The notes under the pieces: generated by a model | The model's database searches: none | Told to the model about the DNA's origin: nothing | Seen by the model: only the letters and a program-made list of their open reading frames with translations | Position numbers and translations under genes: made by a program | NCBI GenBank assembly: GCA_965372715.1 | Contig: CBDVDH010000010.1 | Span: forward strand, 1-64,000 | Direction: 5' to 3' | Source: an uncultured bacterium | GTDB lineage: Bacteria; B130-G9 | DNA: 64,000 nucleotides | Shown: one piece after another, positions 43,401 to 53,300 of the stretch | How positions within the stretch are numbered: the stretch's first letter is position 1 | Layout of the letters: every line of letters starts with the position of its first letter

Positions 43401-44807
43401 ATCCTCGCGGGTCAGACAACGCTCTGAAACCGGCGTTTTCTTCTTGAACTTGAAGTTGAAGCGAAGCCGACCTATCTCTGAAAGATCGTATCTCTTGGGA
43501 TTGAAGAACACGTTGTTGAAGAACTTCCGAGCCGCCTCGTCATCGCTCGTCTCGACAAGCGAACTCAAATAAGACTGACTGGGGCCTCGCTGCTTTTGCT
43601 CCCCTTCCTCAGCGACCACGTCGTCGGCCTCTATCTTCTCCGCCTCAATCGTTTTGAAGAGCATGTTTGCGAACTCCGCGCTGCGAGAGGGATAGAGCTC
43701 AAACCTCTCAATCTGCGCCCCCTGAATCCCATCAAGGTCCTCCTTATCTAGCTCCTTGCCTTGGGGAACGACCAGGTTGTCCCGCTCATCATGAATATCC
43801 CAAACAACCTCCCGGCCCAGCAGCTCCTTTCGGCTCATAGGAAGATACTCAACGCCTCTTTTTTCAAACCTAGCGAGAGCAGCTCTTGAGATCTTATGAT
43901 GTTTCCTGACAAGAACCGCCCCGGTCTCGGGATCGAGCACGTCCTCCTTCGGCCGATGAGTAAGATGAATCTTCCGATTGAGCTTGCTTCTGAACTTACC
44001 GTCGGGCGACATCTCAATCTGCTCAACGCCAATGAAGCATTGAACAACCTCTTCCTTCGTTCTAAGACCCAGCGCTCGCAACACCGACGAGGCCGGAATC
44101 CGCCGCTTGCGCTTATTGGTATCGATCCGGGCCTGGAGCACACCGCTGGCGTCAAACAGGAACTCAAGCCAAGGCCCTCGCTCCGGCACTACCCGGGCGG
44201 AGTAGTCCTCCCGTCCCGTCTCCTTCGACCGAGAGAAGAAGACCCCAGGGGAGCGATGCAGCTGGTTGACTATGGTGCGTTCGGTGCCGTTGATTATAAA
44301 GGTGCCCCTTGGGGTCATGAGAGGCATCTCACACAAGAATATCGTGCGCTCAATCGCCGCCTTAGGTTTTCTGACCTCATCTGATACACCAAATATGCTT
44401 AAGCGAAGCCTGACACGCAGCGAAGCCGCGTAGGTCATCTCGCGCTGGAGACATTCCTCCTCTGTATAGCGGGCCTCAAGCCGCCGCTTAAGCTGATGAC
44501 CACAGCGCTCGCAAGGCTCCGGACGTGGGAAAAAATCGGACGTCTGCCTACACGGACAAACATACTCCGCCCCTACCTCATACGCGACGAACTCAAGCTC
44601 GCAGTTCCGAGCAGCGTTCTCAATCGGGAACACCTCCTCGAAGACCGCCTGAGCGCCTATCGACTGCCGCCTGCCTGGTCGAATCTCACGCTGAAGAAAC
44701 TGGTTATACGACTCTGTCTGGACAGCTAGAAGCGAAGGGACCTCTACCGCGCTCTTGGTCTTGACGAAGGTCCGTCTAATGTCAACCGGCTTGTTGGCCG
44801 ATATCAT
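40491..44807 (-). CDS. rpoB: RNA polymerase beta subunit
   Basis: ETPEGPNIG, GSNMQRQA, GDKMAGRHGNKG, GEME. Confidence 0.98.
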   Translation of the reverse strand: MISANKPVDIRRTFVKTKSAVEVPSLLAVQTESYNQFLQREIRPGRRQSIGAQAVFEEVFPIENAARNCELEFVAYEVGAEYVCPCRQTSDFFPRPEPCERCGHQLKRRLEARYTEEECLQREMTYAASLRVRLRLSIFGVSDEVRKPKAAIERTIFLCEMPLMTPRGTFIINGTERTIVNQLHRSPGVFFSRSKETGREDYSARVVPERGPWLEFLFDASGVLQARIDTNKRKRRIPASSVLRALGLRTKEEVVQCFIGVEQIEMSPDGKFRSKLNRKIHLTHRPKEDVLDPETGAVLVRKHHKISRAALARFEKRGVEYLPMSRKELLGREVVWDIHDERDNLVVPQGKELDKEDLDGIQGAQIERFELYPSRSAEFANMLFKTIEAEKIEADDVVAEEGEQKQRGPSQSYLSSLVETSDDEAARKFFNNVFFNPKRYDLSEIGRLRFNFKFKKKTPVSERCLTREDVIDTIGYLLKLKAGEGEVDDIDHLGNRRIRRVGELLENQFRLGLMRLERLIREKINSQDVEELTPQELVNSKVVSGVIREFFGGSQLSQFLEQTNPLGELTHKRRLSALGPGGLTRERATFEVRDVHPTHYGRICPIETPEGPNIGLLASLTVYAQINERGFIETPYREIDKNGRVTDVITYIDAHEEDKHHIAQASEPLTDEGHLASDRVTARFRGNFHTDSSSKIGYLDASPSQIVSMSAALIPFLEHDDANRALMGSNMQRQAVPLMKPSPPLVGTGMEKIAARDSGVVQRSKRDGLVVSVTASRVVIEADGEKVFDEEGNRVSEGKFDIYYLKKFLKSNQNTCINERPSVRVGQRVRAGELITDGYGISGGELALGRDILVAFMPWHGYNYEDAILVSERMVREDLFTSIHIEEFLTEARDNKLGPDEITPDIPNVRPEALRHLDSSGIARVGSKVGPGDILVGKVTPKAETQLSPEEKLLKALFGDKAREVKNASLFVPPGVHGTVIDVRVFARRSAEEQLGKHKVVQTTLAQVQRREEEERRIITLGRDRIMRRILSGAVLGNGYTVPGTQKVICKKGKKITRSRLGKLNYFMLHEIAQKEEGELGESLRRAEKLCNDQVDLIETRYREQRDRIRGGDELRPGVIQMVKVYLAIKRNLSVGDKMAGRHGNKGVVAKVLPVESMPYLEDGTPVDIVLSPLGVPSRMNVGQLLETHLGWASKVIGEKMAALLNDGCSDKALSKFILELYRGDEDKEAELRRYSDSELRDFAAVIAKHGLPVACPVFSGATEKEIERMLSLADLPVTGKVMLYDGETGEPFDQKVTVGYIYMMKLDHLVDDKMHSRSTGPYSLVTQQPLGGKAQSGGQRLGEMEVWALEAYGAASALQEFLTVKSDDVEGRNKIYEAIVKGQDLARSGTPESFNVLIKELQSLGLDVELLETRKRPRFSRASLGLESVEDRIKITR

Positions 44808-44820
44808 GAATACCTCCCAA

Positions 44821-45204
44821 TCACTGGATCTCGATGGTACCGCCTGCTTCCTCGATTACCTTCTTAAACTCCTCAGCCTCCTCCTTGCTAACGCCTTCCT
44901 TGATAGTGGCCGGGGCTGACTCCACGAGCTCCTTGCTCTCTTTCAAGCCCAAATTGATCAGGCTGCGAATCGCCTTGATAACGTGTATCTTCTTCTCTCC
45001 GAACGACTTCAGGAGAACGTCAAACTCGGTCTGCTCCTCAGCAGCCTCAGCGGCCTCGCCGGCCGCCGCCGGTGCGCCAATAGGAGCAAATGCCGCTGCG
45101 CTAACCCCGAAACGCTCCTCCAGCTCCTTTACCATGTTGGACAAGTCCTTGACGGACATTTTCTCGATGAATTCGACCACTTGCTCAACTGTCAAACCTG
45201 CCAT
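44821..45204 (-). CDS. rplL: 50S ribosomal protein L7/L12
   Basis: [19 protein letters not shown]. Confidence 0.97.
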   Translation of the reverse strand: MAGLTVEQVVEFIEKMSVKDLSNMVKELEERFGVSAAAFAPIGAPAAAGEAAEAAEEQTEFDVLLKSFGEKKIHVIKAIRSLINLGLKESKELVESAPATIKEGVSKEEAEEFKKVIEEAGGTIEIQ

Positions 45205-45252
45205 GCGATTCCTCCGGTGATAACAAACGGGGGGCCAAAGCCTCGGCTCGCC

Positions 45253-45810
45253 TTACGCCGAGGCGCCGGGCTTGTCACCCTCCTTCTTTTCCTTGATCGC
45301 TTCTAGGGCCCTAACAAGCCCGCACATCGTGCCCTTAAGCGTAAAGACAAGCCGCGAAACAGGAGCCTGCAACGCGCGCATGAGCTTTGCGAGCAGCTCC
45401 GGCCTGTCAGGCAACTTCGCTATCGCTTCGATATCCGCCGCCGATGCATACTCACCATCTACAAACCCGGCCCTTATCTTGAGTCCCTGACAATCCTTCG
45501 CAGAATCGAAAAGTAGCTTCACAATTGCCAATGAGTCATCGTATCCTATCCCTAGCGCGGTCGGGCCCGTAAGATCAGACTCCAAGCATTCCAAAGGTGT
45601 GCCTGATATCGCCCGCTTGATGAGGTTATTCTTGGCGACAAGATAGTCCACTTTCTGCTGCCTGGCCCGGCTGCGAAGCTCGGTGACCTCCGATACGGAC
45701 ACTCCCGAGAAATCCACAACCACTATCGACTGAGCAGCCGAAAAGCGCTGCGACAAATCCTTAACAACCTGCCGCTTATACTCTATTCCTCGGCCCATCT
45801 TATCACTCAA
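45253..45810 (-). CDS. rplJ: 50S ribosomal protein L10 (start 45810 or 45798)
   Basis: V.KNNL..RA, L.GPT, LP.R.ELLA; synteny. Confidence 0.94.
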   Translation of the reverse strand: MSDKMGRGIEYKRQVVKDLSQRFSAAQSIVVVDFSGVSVSEVTELRSRARQQKVDYLVAKNNLIKRAISGTPLECLESDLTGPTALGIGYDDSLAIVKLLFDSAKDCQGLKIRAGFVDGEYASAADIEAIAKLPDRPELLAKLMRALQAPVSRLVFTLKGTMCGLVRALEAIKEKKEGDKPGASA

Positions 45811-46514
45811 CCTCTAAGAGACGCAGCCTTAAGAACGGGTTCAATCTTGATACCAGGCCCCATTGTGGTCGATAGCGTCAGACTCTTCAGATACCGGCCC
45901 TTGCTCGCCGCTGGCTTCGCTCTCATCAGACTCTCAAGAAACGTCCTGGCATTTTCAACCAGACGGTCCTTGCCGAAATCACGCTTCCCAATCACGACGT
46001 GGATGTTGGATGTCCTGTCAACCTTGAACTCTATCTTGCCCGCCTTGAGCTCTGAAACTGCCCTTTTCACCTCAAACGTTACCGTCCCCGTCTTCGGAGA
46101 AGGCATCAAACGCCTCGGACCAAGCACACGCCCAAGCTTCCCCACCTCGGACATCATGTCGGGCGTTGAAACCACTGCGTCGAAATCAAGCCAGCCGCCC
46201 TTTATCTTTGAGATCAGATCATCTGAACCGACAAAGTCAGCACCAGCGTCCTTGGCTTCGGATTCCTTCTCGCCCTTCGCGAAAACCAGCACCCGAACCT
46301 CCTTGCCGGTCCCGTGAGGAAGTAACACCGTGCCCCGAACCATCTGATCCGCGTGCCTCGGATCGACCCCAAGTTTAGCCGCCATATCCAGCGTCTCATT
46401 GAACTTCGAAAACGACAACTCGCAGGCCATCTCTATGGCCTCCTCCAGCGAATAATGCCTACGGCGATCGATCTTCGACGCCGCCTCTTTATACTTCCTA
46501 CCCCGTCTCGTCAT
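45807..46514 (-). CDS. rplA: 50S ribosomal protein L1
   Basis: VRGTV.LPHGTGK, LGPR.LMP.PK.GTVT. Confidence 0.97.
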   Translation of the reverse strand: MTRRGRKYKEAASKIDRRRHYSLEEAIEMACELSFSKFNETLDMAAKLGVDPRHADQMVRGTVLLPHGTGKEVRVLVFAKGEKESEAKDAGADFVGSDDLISKIKGGWLDFDAVVSTPDMMSEVGKLGRVLGPRRLMPSPKTGTVTFEVKRAVSELKAGKIEFKVDRTSNIHVVIGKRDFGKDRLVENARTFLESLMRAKPAASKGRYLKSLTLSTTMGPGIKIEPVLKAASLRG

Positions 46515-46558
46515 CGTCCGCTCTCTCTTAAAACAACTCTAGACTCAGCAAATCGTTT

Positions 46559-46627
46559 TCAGCCGACGTAGCCTCCGCCGCCGCTAATGCTTTGGCGGAC
46601 AAGCAGGCTACTATGGCGAAGTCTGCC
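46559..46627. repeat. Family A palindromic repeat with a nested TCCGCC...GGCGGACAAG element in its loop; overlaps the rplK stop
   Basis: TCAGCCGACGTAGC-[insert]-GCTACTATGGCGAAGTCTGCC. Confidence 0.85.
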
Positions 46628-47051
46628 AATCTTCGACCTCGATCCCCATGCTCCTGGCTGTCCCGGCGATGATCTTCATCGCGCCTGCGATATCTATCGC
46701 ATTGAGATCGGGCATCTTCAGCTTGGCCACTTCCTCGAGTTGGGCCAAAGATATGCTCGCGACCTTCGTCTTGTTCGGCTCAGCAGACCCCTTGGCCAGC
46801 CCCACCGCCCTCTTCAAGAGAAAAGCCGCCGGTGGATTCTTGGTCACAAAACTGAAAGACCGGTCTTTGAAAATGGTGATTATCGCAGGTATTATCAAGC
46901 CTCTCTGGTCCTTCGTCCGCTCGTTAAACTGCTTGCAGAACTCCATCGGAGCCACTCGATACTGACCAAGTGCGGTTCCTACCGGCGGCGAAGGCGTCGC
47001 TGCTCCGCCCTGTATCTGCAACTTCAGCCTGGCGACAACCTCTTTAGCCAT
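46611..47051 (-). CDS. rplK: 50S ribosomal protein L11
   Basis: A.PSPPVG.ALG, GTARSMG. Confidence 0.97.
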   Translation of the reverse strand: MAKEVVARLKLQIQGGAATPSPPVGTALGQYRVAPMEFCKQFNERTKDQRGLIIPAIITIFKDRSFSFVTKNPPAAFLLKRAVGLAKGSAEPNKTKVASISLAQLEEVAKLKMPDLNAIDIAGAMKIIAGTARSMGIEVEDWQTSP

Positions 47052-47068
47052 CGCACCTAGCCTCCTTT

Positions 47069-47110
47069 TCAGCCGACATAGCTCTGCGAGCTACTATGGC
47101 GAAGTCTGCC
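47069..47110. repeat. 42-bp palindromic repeat (family A), nusG-rplK spacer
   Basis: TCAGCCGACATAGC-N7-GCTACTATGGCGAAGTCTGCC. Confidence 0.88.
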
Positions 47111-47117
47111 ATACTTA

Positions 47118-47816
47118 CTAATCCTCCTCATCCGCCAGCTCCACCTGATCAAAGGCGAGCTCAACCGGAATTGGGCGTCCAAATATGCCTACTGTTACTT
47201 TCAGCCTCTTCTTGTCAGCGGATACATCCTCCACCGCTCCTGAGAAAGGCGCAAACAGACCCTCTACTATCCTCACCCGGTCGCCAACACTGAACGGGAC
47301 ATCCCTCACCCCGGCCTGTCGCCTCTCCTCTTTGCCCTCCTCTATGGCTGCAATTTCTTCATCCGTGAAGCTCTGTAAATCATCACCAGACTTTACGAAA
47401 CCGATCACCTTCGGCGCGTCATTGCAAAGCCTTACTACATCCGTAGTTAACTCCAGCCGCAAAAACACGTAGCCCGGAAACAAAGGGCGCTCCCGCTTCA
47501 TCTCACGCCCGTCCGCTCGCCTGGACTTCACCTGCTCTGTCGGAACGTAAATGCGAGCTATCTTGCCCTCGAGCTCCTTCTGCGTTTCTGAAAGGAACGT
47601 CAGTGCCTTTTTGACCGACTTCTCGTAGCCCGAATATGTATGGACCGCATACCAGCCAAACCGGCCGTCTTCTTCCTCCGCTTTAGCATCCGAAGGCGCA
47701 TCTTTTGAGGCGGCACGTTTATCGGCAATCACCGGCTCAACCGGCCCGACCTCGTCCGGCTGAACGTCCCGAGCCTCCTGGCCCTCGTTGCCTATCGATG
47801 ATACCGAAAACACCAA
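47118..47816 (-). CDS. nusG: Transcription factor NusG with an acidic N-terminal extension (start uncertain)
   Basis: WYAVHTYSGYE, FPGYVF, KOW GD.V.I..G.F..F.G, IFGR..PVEL. Confidence 0.94.
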   Translation of the reverse strand: MVFSVSSIGNEGQEARDVQPDEVGPVEPVIADKRAASKDAPSDAKAEEEDGRFGWYAVHTYSGYEKSVKKALTFLSETQKELEGKIARIYVPTEQVKSRRADGREMKRERPLFPGYVFLRLELTTDVVRLCNDAPKVIGFVKSGDDLQSFTDEEIAAIEEGKEERRQAGVRDVPFSVGDRVRIVEGLFAPFSGAVEDVSADKKRLKVTVGIFGRPIPVELAFDQVELADEED

Positions 47817-47826
47817 ATCCGAATCC

Positions 47827-48009
47827 CTACTTCAAAATGAACTGCAACAGCCTGGCGAGCAATGCGTCCACAACGCCAAGATAGGCAGATATTATCAACG
47901 TCGCAATGATCACAACCGCGGTCGCAGAGATTATCTGGTCCTTGTTCGGCCATGTCACCCGTTTCAGCTCAAGATTCACGTCCCGAAAGAAGGTTATGAC
48001 CTTGTCCAT
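47827..48009 (-). CDS. secE: Preprotein translocase SecE
   Basis: ELKRVTWP plus TM helix. Confidence 0.93.
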   Translation of the reverse strand: MDKVITFFRDVNLELKRVTWPNKDQIISATAVVIIATLIISAYLGVVDALLARLLQFILK

Positions 48010-48050
48010 GTTGAACCTACGTTGCCTTTGTGTTTGATTGACCACCTGGG

Positions 48051-48127
48051 TGGCAGGCCAGGAGGGATTCGAACCCCCAGCTTCCGGATTTGGAGTCCGG
48101 CGCTCTAACCATTAGAGCTACTGGCCT
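48051..48127 (-). tRNA. tRNA-Trp (CCA)
   Basis: Cloverleaf; anticodon arm CCGGA-CTCCAAA-TCCGG; encoded CCA end. Confidence 0.96.
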
Positions 48128-48157
48128 TTGCGCATTGATACCTGACTCCCTGACGCC

Positions 48158-48328
48158 TCACCTCACCTCTTTGTGTGAGGTGTGCTTCCTGCAAAACCTG
48201 CAATACTTGCTCAGCTGGTATTTGTCCTGCTGCTTGCGCTTGTTTCGCGTCGTAGTATAGTTCCTCTGCTTGCAGTCCCCACAAGCCAGGGTGACTATCT
48301 CTCGCTGCTTCTTCGCCTTCTTGGCCAA
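48158..48328 (-). CDS. rpmG: 50S ribosomal protein L33 (Zn type; absent from ORF track)
   Basis: Manual translation [31 protein letters not shown]...[16 protein letters not shown]. Confidence 0.95.
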   Translation of the reverse strand: MAKKAKKQREIVTLACGDCKQRNYTTTRNKRKQQDKYQLSKYCRFCRKHTSHKEVR

Positions 48329-48389
48329 TGGCCGCTCTCTTCACCTTTTGCGGAATCTCGCCTTCGCCCATTGCGGAATGTCGCCCTTA

Positions 48390-48409
48390 GGCAGACTTCG
48401 GCGGACAGG
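48390..48409. repeat. Hybrid repeat fragment GGCAGACTTCG-GCGGACAGG just after tuf
   Basis: Joins the family A end to the GGCGGACAG motif. Confidence 0.5.
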
Positions 48410-48419
48410 TTAAGCGAGG

Positions 48420-49622
48420 TTACTCAATTATCTCTATGATCGCGCCGGCGCCAACCGTCTTGCCACCCTCGCGAATTGCAAATCGCTGCTCAACTTCCAT
48501 CGCAATCGGGCAAATCAGCTTGACTGTCATGTCAACATTGTCGCCGGGCATGACCATGTTAACCTCTTCTGGAAGCGTGATGACGCCCGTAACGTCTGTC
48601 GTCCTGAAATAGAACTGCGGCCGATAACCATTGAAGAACGGCTTATGGCGACCGCCCTCCTTCTCGGACAGGATATACACCCGAGCAGTGAAATGCGTAT
48701 GAGGCGTGATGGTCCCGGGCTTTGCAATAACTTGACCACGCTCGACCTCGTTGCGCTTAATGCCACGCAAAAGGACGCCAATGTTGTCGCCTGCTTCGCC
48801 CGTATCAAGGGTCTTGCGGAACATCTCAACACCGGTGCAAACCGTCTTCCGAGTGTCACTGATACCGACTATCTCGACCTCTTCACCCATCTTGATCACG
48901 CCGCGCTCAATCCTGCCCGTCGCTACCGTGCCTCGGCCCTGAATGCTGAAAACGTCCTCGACCGACATCAGGAATGGCTTGTCCATCGCTCTCTGCGGCG
49001 TCGGAATATACTCATCAACCGCCTTGACGAGCTCCATCACCGACCCGCAGTTCTCGCACTCATCTTTGCCGCAACCACACTCGAGAGCCTTGCGGGCGGA
49101 ACCACAGATTATCGGAACATCGTCACCCGGGAACTCGTATTTGTCCAGGAGCTCCCGAACCTCCATATCGATGATCTCAATCAAGTCCTTGTCATCGACC
49201 AGATCGACCTTATTCAGATAGACAACGATGTAGGGCACGCCAACCTGCTTAGCGAGAAGGATGTGCTCCCTCGTCTGGAGCTTCGGACCGTCATCTGCCG
49301 CAACGACTAATATCGCGCCGTCCATCTGAGCCGCGCCGGTGATCATATTCTTGATATAATCAACGTGACCGGGGCAGTCCACGTGCGCGTAGTGCCGGTT
49401 CTCCGACTCATACTCCACGTGAGCGATGGCAATTGTTATGCCGCGCTCGCGCTCCTCGGGCGCCTTGTCAATTCTGTCGAACGATGTGTACTCCGCAAGA
49501 CCCCTTTTGGACAGGCAAAGCGTCAACGCCGCCGTCAAAGTCGTCTTCCCATGGTCGATGTGACCGATTGTCCCAACGTTCACATGAGGCTTCGTCCGCT
49601 CGAATTTCGCCTTTGCCATCAT
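48420..49622 (-). CDS. tuf: Elongation factor Tu
   Basis: [32 protein letters not shown]. Confidence 0.98.
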   Translation of the reverse strand: MMAKAKFERTKPHVNVGTIGHIDHGKTTLTAALTLCLSKRGLAEYTSFDRIDKAPEERERGITIAIAHVEYESENRHYAHVDCPGHVDYIKNMITGAAQMDGAILVVAADDGPKLQTREHILLAKQVGVPYIVVYLNKVDLVDDKDLIEIIDMEVRELLDKYEFPGDDVPIICGSARKALECGCGKDECENCGSVMELVKAVDEYIPTPQRAMDKPFLMSVEDVFSIQGRGTVATGRIERGVIKMGEEVEIVGISDTRKTVCTGVEMFRKTLDTGEAGDNIGVLLRGIKRNEVERGQVIAKPGTITPHTHFTARVYILSEKEGGRHKPFFNGYRPQFYFRTTDVTGVITLPEEVNMVMPGDNVDMTVKLICPIAMEVEQRFAIREGGKTVGAGAIIEIIE

Positions 49623-49710
49623 AAACCTCCTAACATGCGATCAATGGACGGAATCCAGGCAACAGCCGGAATCATCCTCATCCTTCCTAACTTAAGTAAT
49701 CACAATCAGA

Positions 49711-49783
49711 AGCCCACGACCGGACTTGAACCGGTGTCCTCTTCCTTACCAAGGAAGTGCTCAACCTGCTGAGCTACGTGGGC
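49711..49783 (-). tRNA. tRNA-Thr (GGT)
   Basis: Anticodon arm CTTCC-TTGGTAA-GGAAG; T-arm GGTTCAAGTCC. Confidence 0.95.
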
Positions 49784-49805
49784 AGAAATAAATATCAACA
49801 AATAA

Positions 49806-49879
49806 AGCGGGAAACGGGATTCGAACCCGCGACCCTCAGCTTGGAAGGCTGATGCTCTAGCCAACTGAGCTATTCCCGC
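49806..49879 (-). tRNA. tRNA-Gly (TCC)
   Basis: GCGGGAA acceptor; TCAGC-CTTCCAA-GCTGA. Confidence 0.96.
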
Positions 49880-50008
49880 CTAAAACATCTAATCGATCGG
49901 AGCGAATTACCCTCATCACGCCGGCAGGCGCGAAAAAACCGATCTGGCAGCCAGTCAGCAAGGCCCAGCACATTCTCAACGAAAATTGGCGCCTCTACTT
50001 CGCGAACT

Positions 50009-50037
50009 AATATAAGCTCTCCTTATCGCCGAGTCAA
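50009..50037 (-). promoter_or_regulatory. Putative sigma70 promoter TTGACT-N17-TATATT for tRNA-Gly/Thr-tuf
   Basis: Consensus match; a second TTGACT-N16-TAATGT lies at ~50171-50198. Confidence 0.6.
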
Positions 50038-50249
50038 GAAGCTTTTTGCGCGGTTTTCCTCAAAAGACACAAAAAACCATAGCGCCAACCCGGCGCTCAA
50101 CCGCCTTCAAAAGCAACCCCATACAAGGGGAAATGCCGAAAAAAAACATTCACAACGAAGCGAGCCTTTAACATTACACGCTTCTACATTTGAGTCAAGA
50201 GAAAAAACACCTCAAACGAGCCTGGGTTCCTGGAGCTCACGGCCACAGA

Positions 50250-50282
50250 ATGAAACGGGCGCCTCAACAGACGAGGCGCCCG
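50250..50282 (-). terminator. Putative intrinsic terminator after the giant gene
   Basis: 10-bp stem CGGGCGCCTC/GAGGCGCCCG, 7-nt loop, followed by TTTCATT. Confidence 0.65.
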
Positions 50283-50315
50283 CCATCTACTTCAACATTA
50301 GTTCTGATTGTTTCC

Positions 50316-53300
50316 CTATTCTAGCGCGAACGTGGCGATGCCTAGGTCAGAAATCGGCGTCAACGTGCCCAACTCGACCAGCGCTGTGAAGACTGTGTAA
50401 TTCCCAGGCATGTCAAAAGGCGCCCCAGAAGGCAGGTCAGCAGTGAATGCTACGGCCGAGAACTCGAAGCCCGCGTCGAGCGAAATCCCAGCGAAAATAG
50501 GGATGGCATCCGCCACCCAGGGAGCGTCGAGGAAACCCGTAGGAGACCAAAAGGCGCCGTCTGGGGTGAACATGATGACATAGTAGTCAGCGGTTACATC
50601 GTATGGCACGCGCGCATCGATCAAGATTGACACAGTATCTCCGGCCGTTGAATATGTGGCTTTATCCGCTGACAAATCCACAAAAGGCTCACCCGCGAGC
50701 GTGAACGTGTCAATCACCACGTCAGTCACGAGATCGGACGTCCCCGCCTCTAGAACGGTCATTTCGAGCGTGTAGATACCAGATTTCACTACCATCGGCG
50801 CCTGGCACGGAAGTGTAGTGTAAAGCAGCTGCGTAGTCTCATCGTGACCGGTCTCAATCTCCCAGTTGGTGTCATACAGCGAGAATCCTTCCGTCCAGTC
50901 GCCCTCAGAAGACGCGGACCAGGTCCGCTCCTCTGGGCCGCCGAGGTCGAACACCAGCACAAGGGAGAGATCGACCGACACAGGATCATCGGTATTGAAG
51001 ATGCTCATCTCTATCTCGAGCGCGTCGCCAAAGTGGAACGAGTTTCTGTTGGCCCAGACATCCACGACGAACTCGCCTGGGACCTCGACACCCACTCCTG
51101 AGAGGTCAACGGTTACGACCGGCGTTTCGGGGTCGTCCGTTACAACTGAAAGCTCGCCGGAGAACTCACCGTCCGCATCAGGCGCAAAAGTGACCCTAGT
51201 AAGAATGGCGGTGGCAGGTCTCAGCGTCTGAGGCAGTCCGCCCGCGAACGAGACCTCAAACGCAGGATCGTCAGTGGAGACCTCAGTAACCGTCAGGTCT
51301 GCATCGCCATTGTTTGTTATAACAAGGGATTCGGCGCTCTGCTCGCCCACGTTGACCTCGCCGAATGAGAGGCTCTCCGCGCTGACATGAACCTCCGGTT
51401 TTGGAATGTGATAGGTCGTGGCGCCGTCCGGGACAGTCGGCGGTTTCTCGACGTTGCCGACGTTATCTTGACAGACCGTGTAGAACCAATATGCGCCCTG
51501 CCCCTCGGGCGCGGTGAACTCAAACTGGCCCACGGTCCCAGTGCTCTCAAGACCCGAATCCACCCAAGCGCCGCCGTTGTAGCTATACCACAAAGCGGTT
51601 GTTGAGACGCCTGAACCGTCATCTCGAGCGCTAAACAAAACGTAGAACGGAACACTCTTGACAGAGGCATCCGGCGTAAAGACCGACGACCTCGGCGCGG
51701 TAGTATCAACGCTGATACTATCATCGGCGCCGGCGGTCGCTTCCTCATTTGAGGCGAAGTCGTATGCCTGGGTGTAGAACTCATAATAACCATCAGCGGT
51801 AGAATCCGGCGTAAACTCGAACGTGCCTGAGGCCTCGTCAAGGCTCGCCGCGTAAGCCCACGCTCCGCTGTTGAACCGATAGAACATATCAATATGCTCG
51901 ACGCCGGTCCCGGTGTCCGAACTAGTGTAGTCCAGAGAAAGCGGGAACGAGTTGACGACTGACCCTTCTATCGAGCATGACGATGTCGGAGCCGTCCTGT
52001 CCACGACAGTCGAGGCGTCCGCTTCTTCCGGCGCGAGCTCGACGTTGCCAGCCACATCAGAACCCACCGTGTAGAACCTATAGGCGCCGTCCGCCAACGT
52101 CCCTGGCACGTAATTGAAAGTACCCGAAGGAGCGGTTGAAGAAAGCCCCGTATAAGCATAGTCGCCGCTGTTGAAACTGGTCCACAGCTTCACATTGGAA
52201 AGCCCGGTTCCGCCGTCGGAAGCGGCAAAAGAGACGGCAATCGGGAATACGTTCGTGTATTCGGACGGCACACTCGCCTCAGAAACAGGCGCGATGATGT
52301 CGAATATCACAGTTGCTTCCGCAGCATCGGGCGCCAGCTCGACGTTGCCCGCATTGTCGGTCGCAACGGAGTAGAACCTGTATGTGCCAGCAGCGAGCGT
52401 TTCCGGGGTGTAATCGAAATCGCCCTCCGCGCCGGTCGCGGTCAAACCAGTGTCCTCGTAGGCCGCGCCATCAAGCGACACGTAAAGCGCTACGTTCGCC
52501 ACACCGGATGTCGTGTCGGCGGCCGTGAACGGAAGACAGATGGGGAACCCGATCGCATACGTCCCTTCAAAGGCCACGGACGACGAGGGGGCTGTTTGGT
52601 CAAAGACCAGCGCCCCGCCATCGGGCGTGTCAGGAAGCGACTCGAGATTGCCGGCGTTGTCCAGCGTCCGTGTGGCAAACTCGTATGTTCCATCGCCGTC
52701 AGGCGGATCGAAGGAGAAGCTGCCGTCAACCATGAGCGAGAAGGCAGACTTCGCCATAGTAGCCTGTTGGGCTACGTCGGCTGAACCGGTAGGAGTATTT
52801 GTGAGCCCAGAATCCTCCCAAGCCCCGCCATTGAACCTAAACCAAAGCGCCGCGCTCGCAACGCCGCTGGCGGTATCATCTGCCGTGTATGGCACATTGA
52901 CCGGCGTGGTGTTGGCGAAGACTCCCTCAGCCGGCAGGCCCGCCGCAGAGACCGGCTCCGTGGCGTCATAGACCGTTGTAGTTGGAGCCTCGGCTGGCAG
53001 GTCCTCAACGTTACCGGAGTTATCCCGGCCACGGAGGTAGAACCCATACGTGCCCTCGCCCCACGCCGAGACGTCAACCTCGATGACTCCACCGTTGGCC
53101 GGCCCAACCAGACCTGTATCCTGCCACACACCGCCGGCATATATCCAAGCAGAGACGGAGCTCATCCCTGACAGAGCGTCAATCGCCGTGTACGTCACGC
53201 CTATCACCGCAGCGTTAGAGAACTCAGGCGACGTGCAGCTCGTCTGAGGCGCAGTCCAATCCACCATTATCTGATCGTCCGGCGCAACGGGGACCGCCTC

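Noticed and set aside
35743-44807. RpoB/RpoC insertions as inteins
   Set aside because: They are too short and lack the C/S start and HN-C/S/T splice-junction motifs.
17178-49772. Many plus-strand ORFs antisense to ribosomal and RNAP genes
   Set aside because: Shadow ORFs of conserved minus-strand genes in GC-rich DNA.
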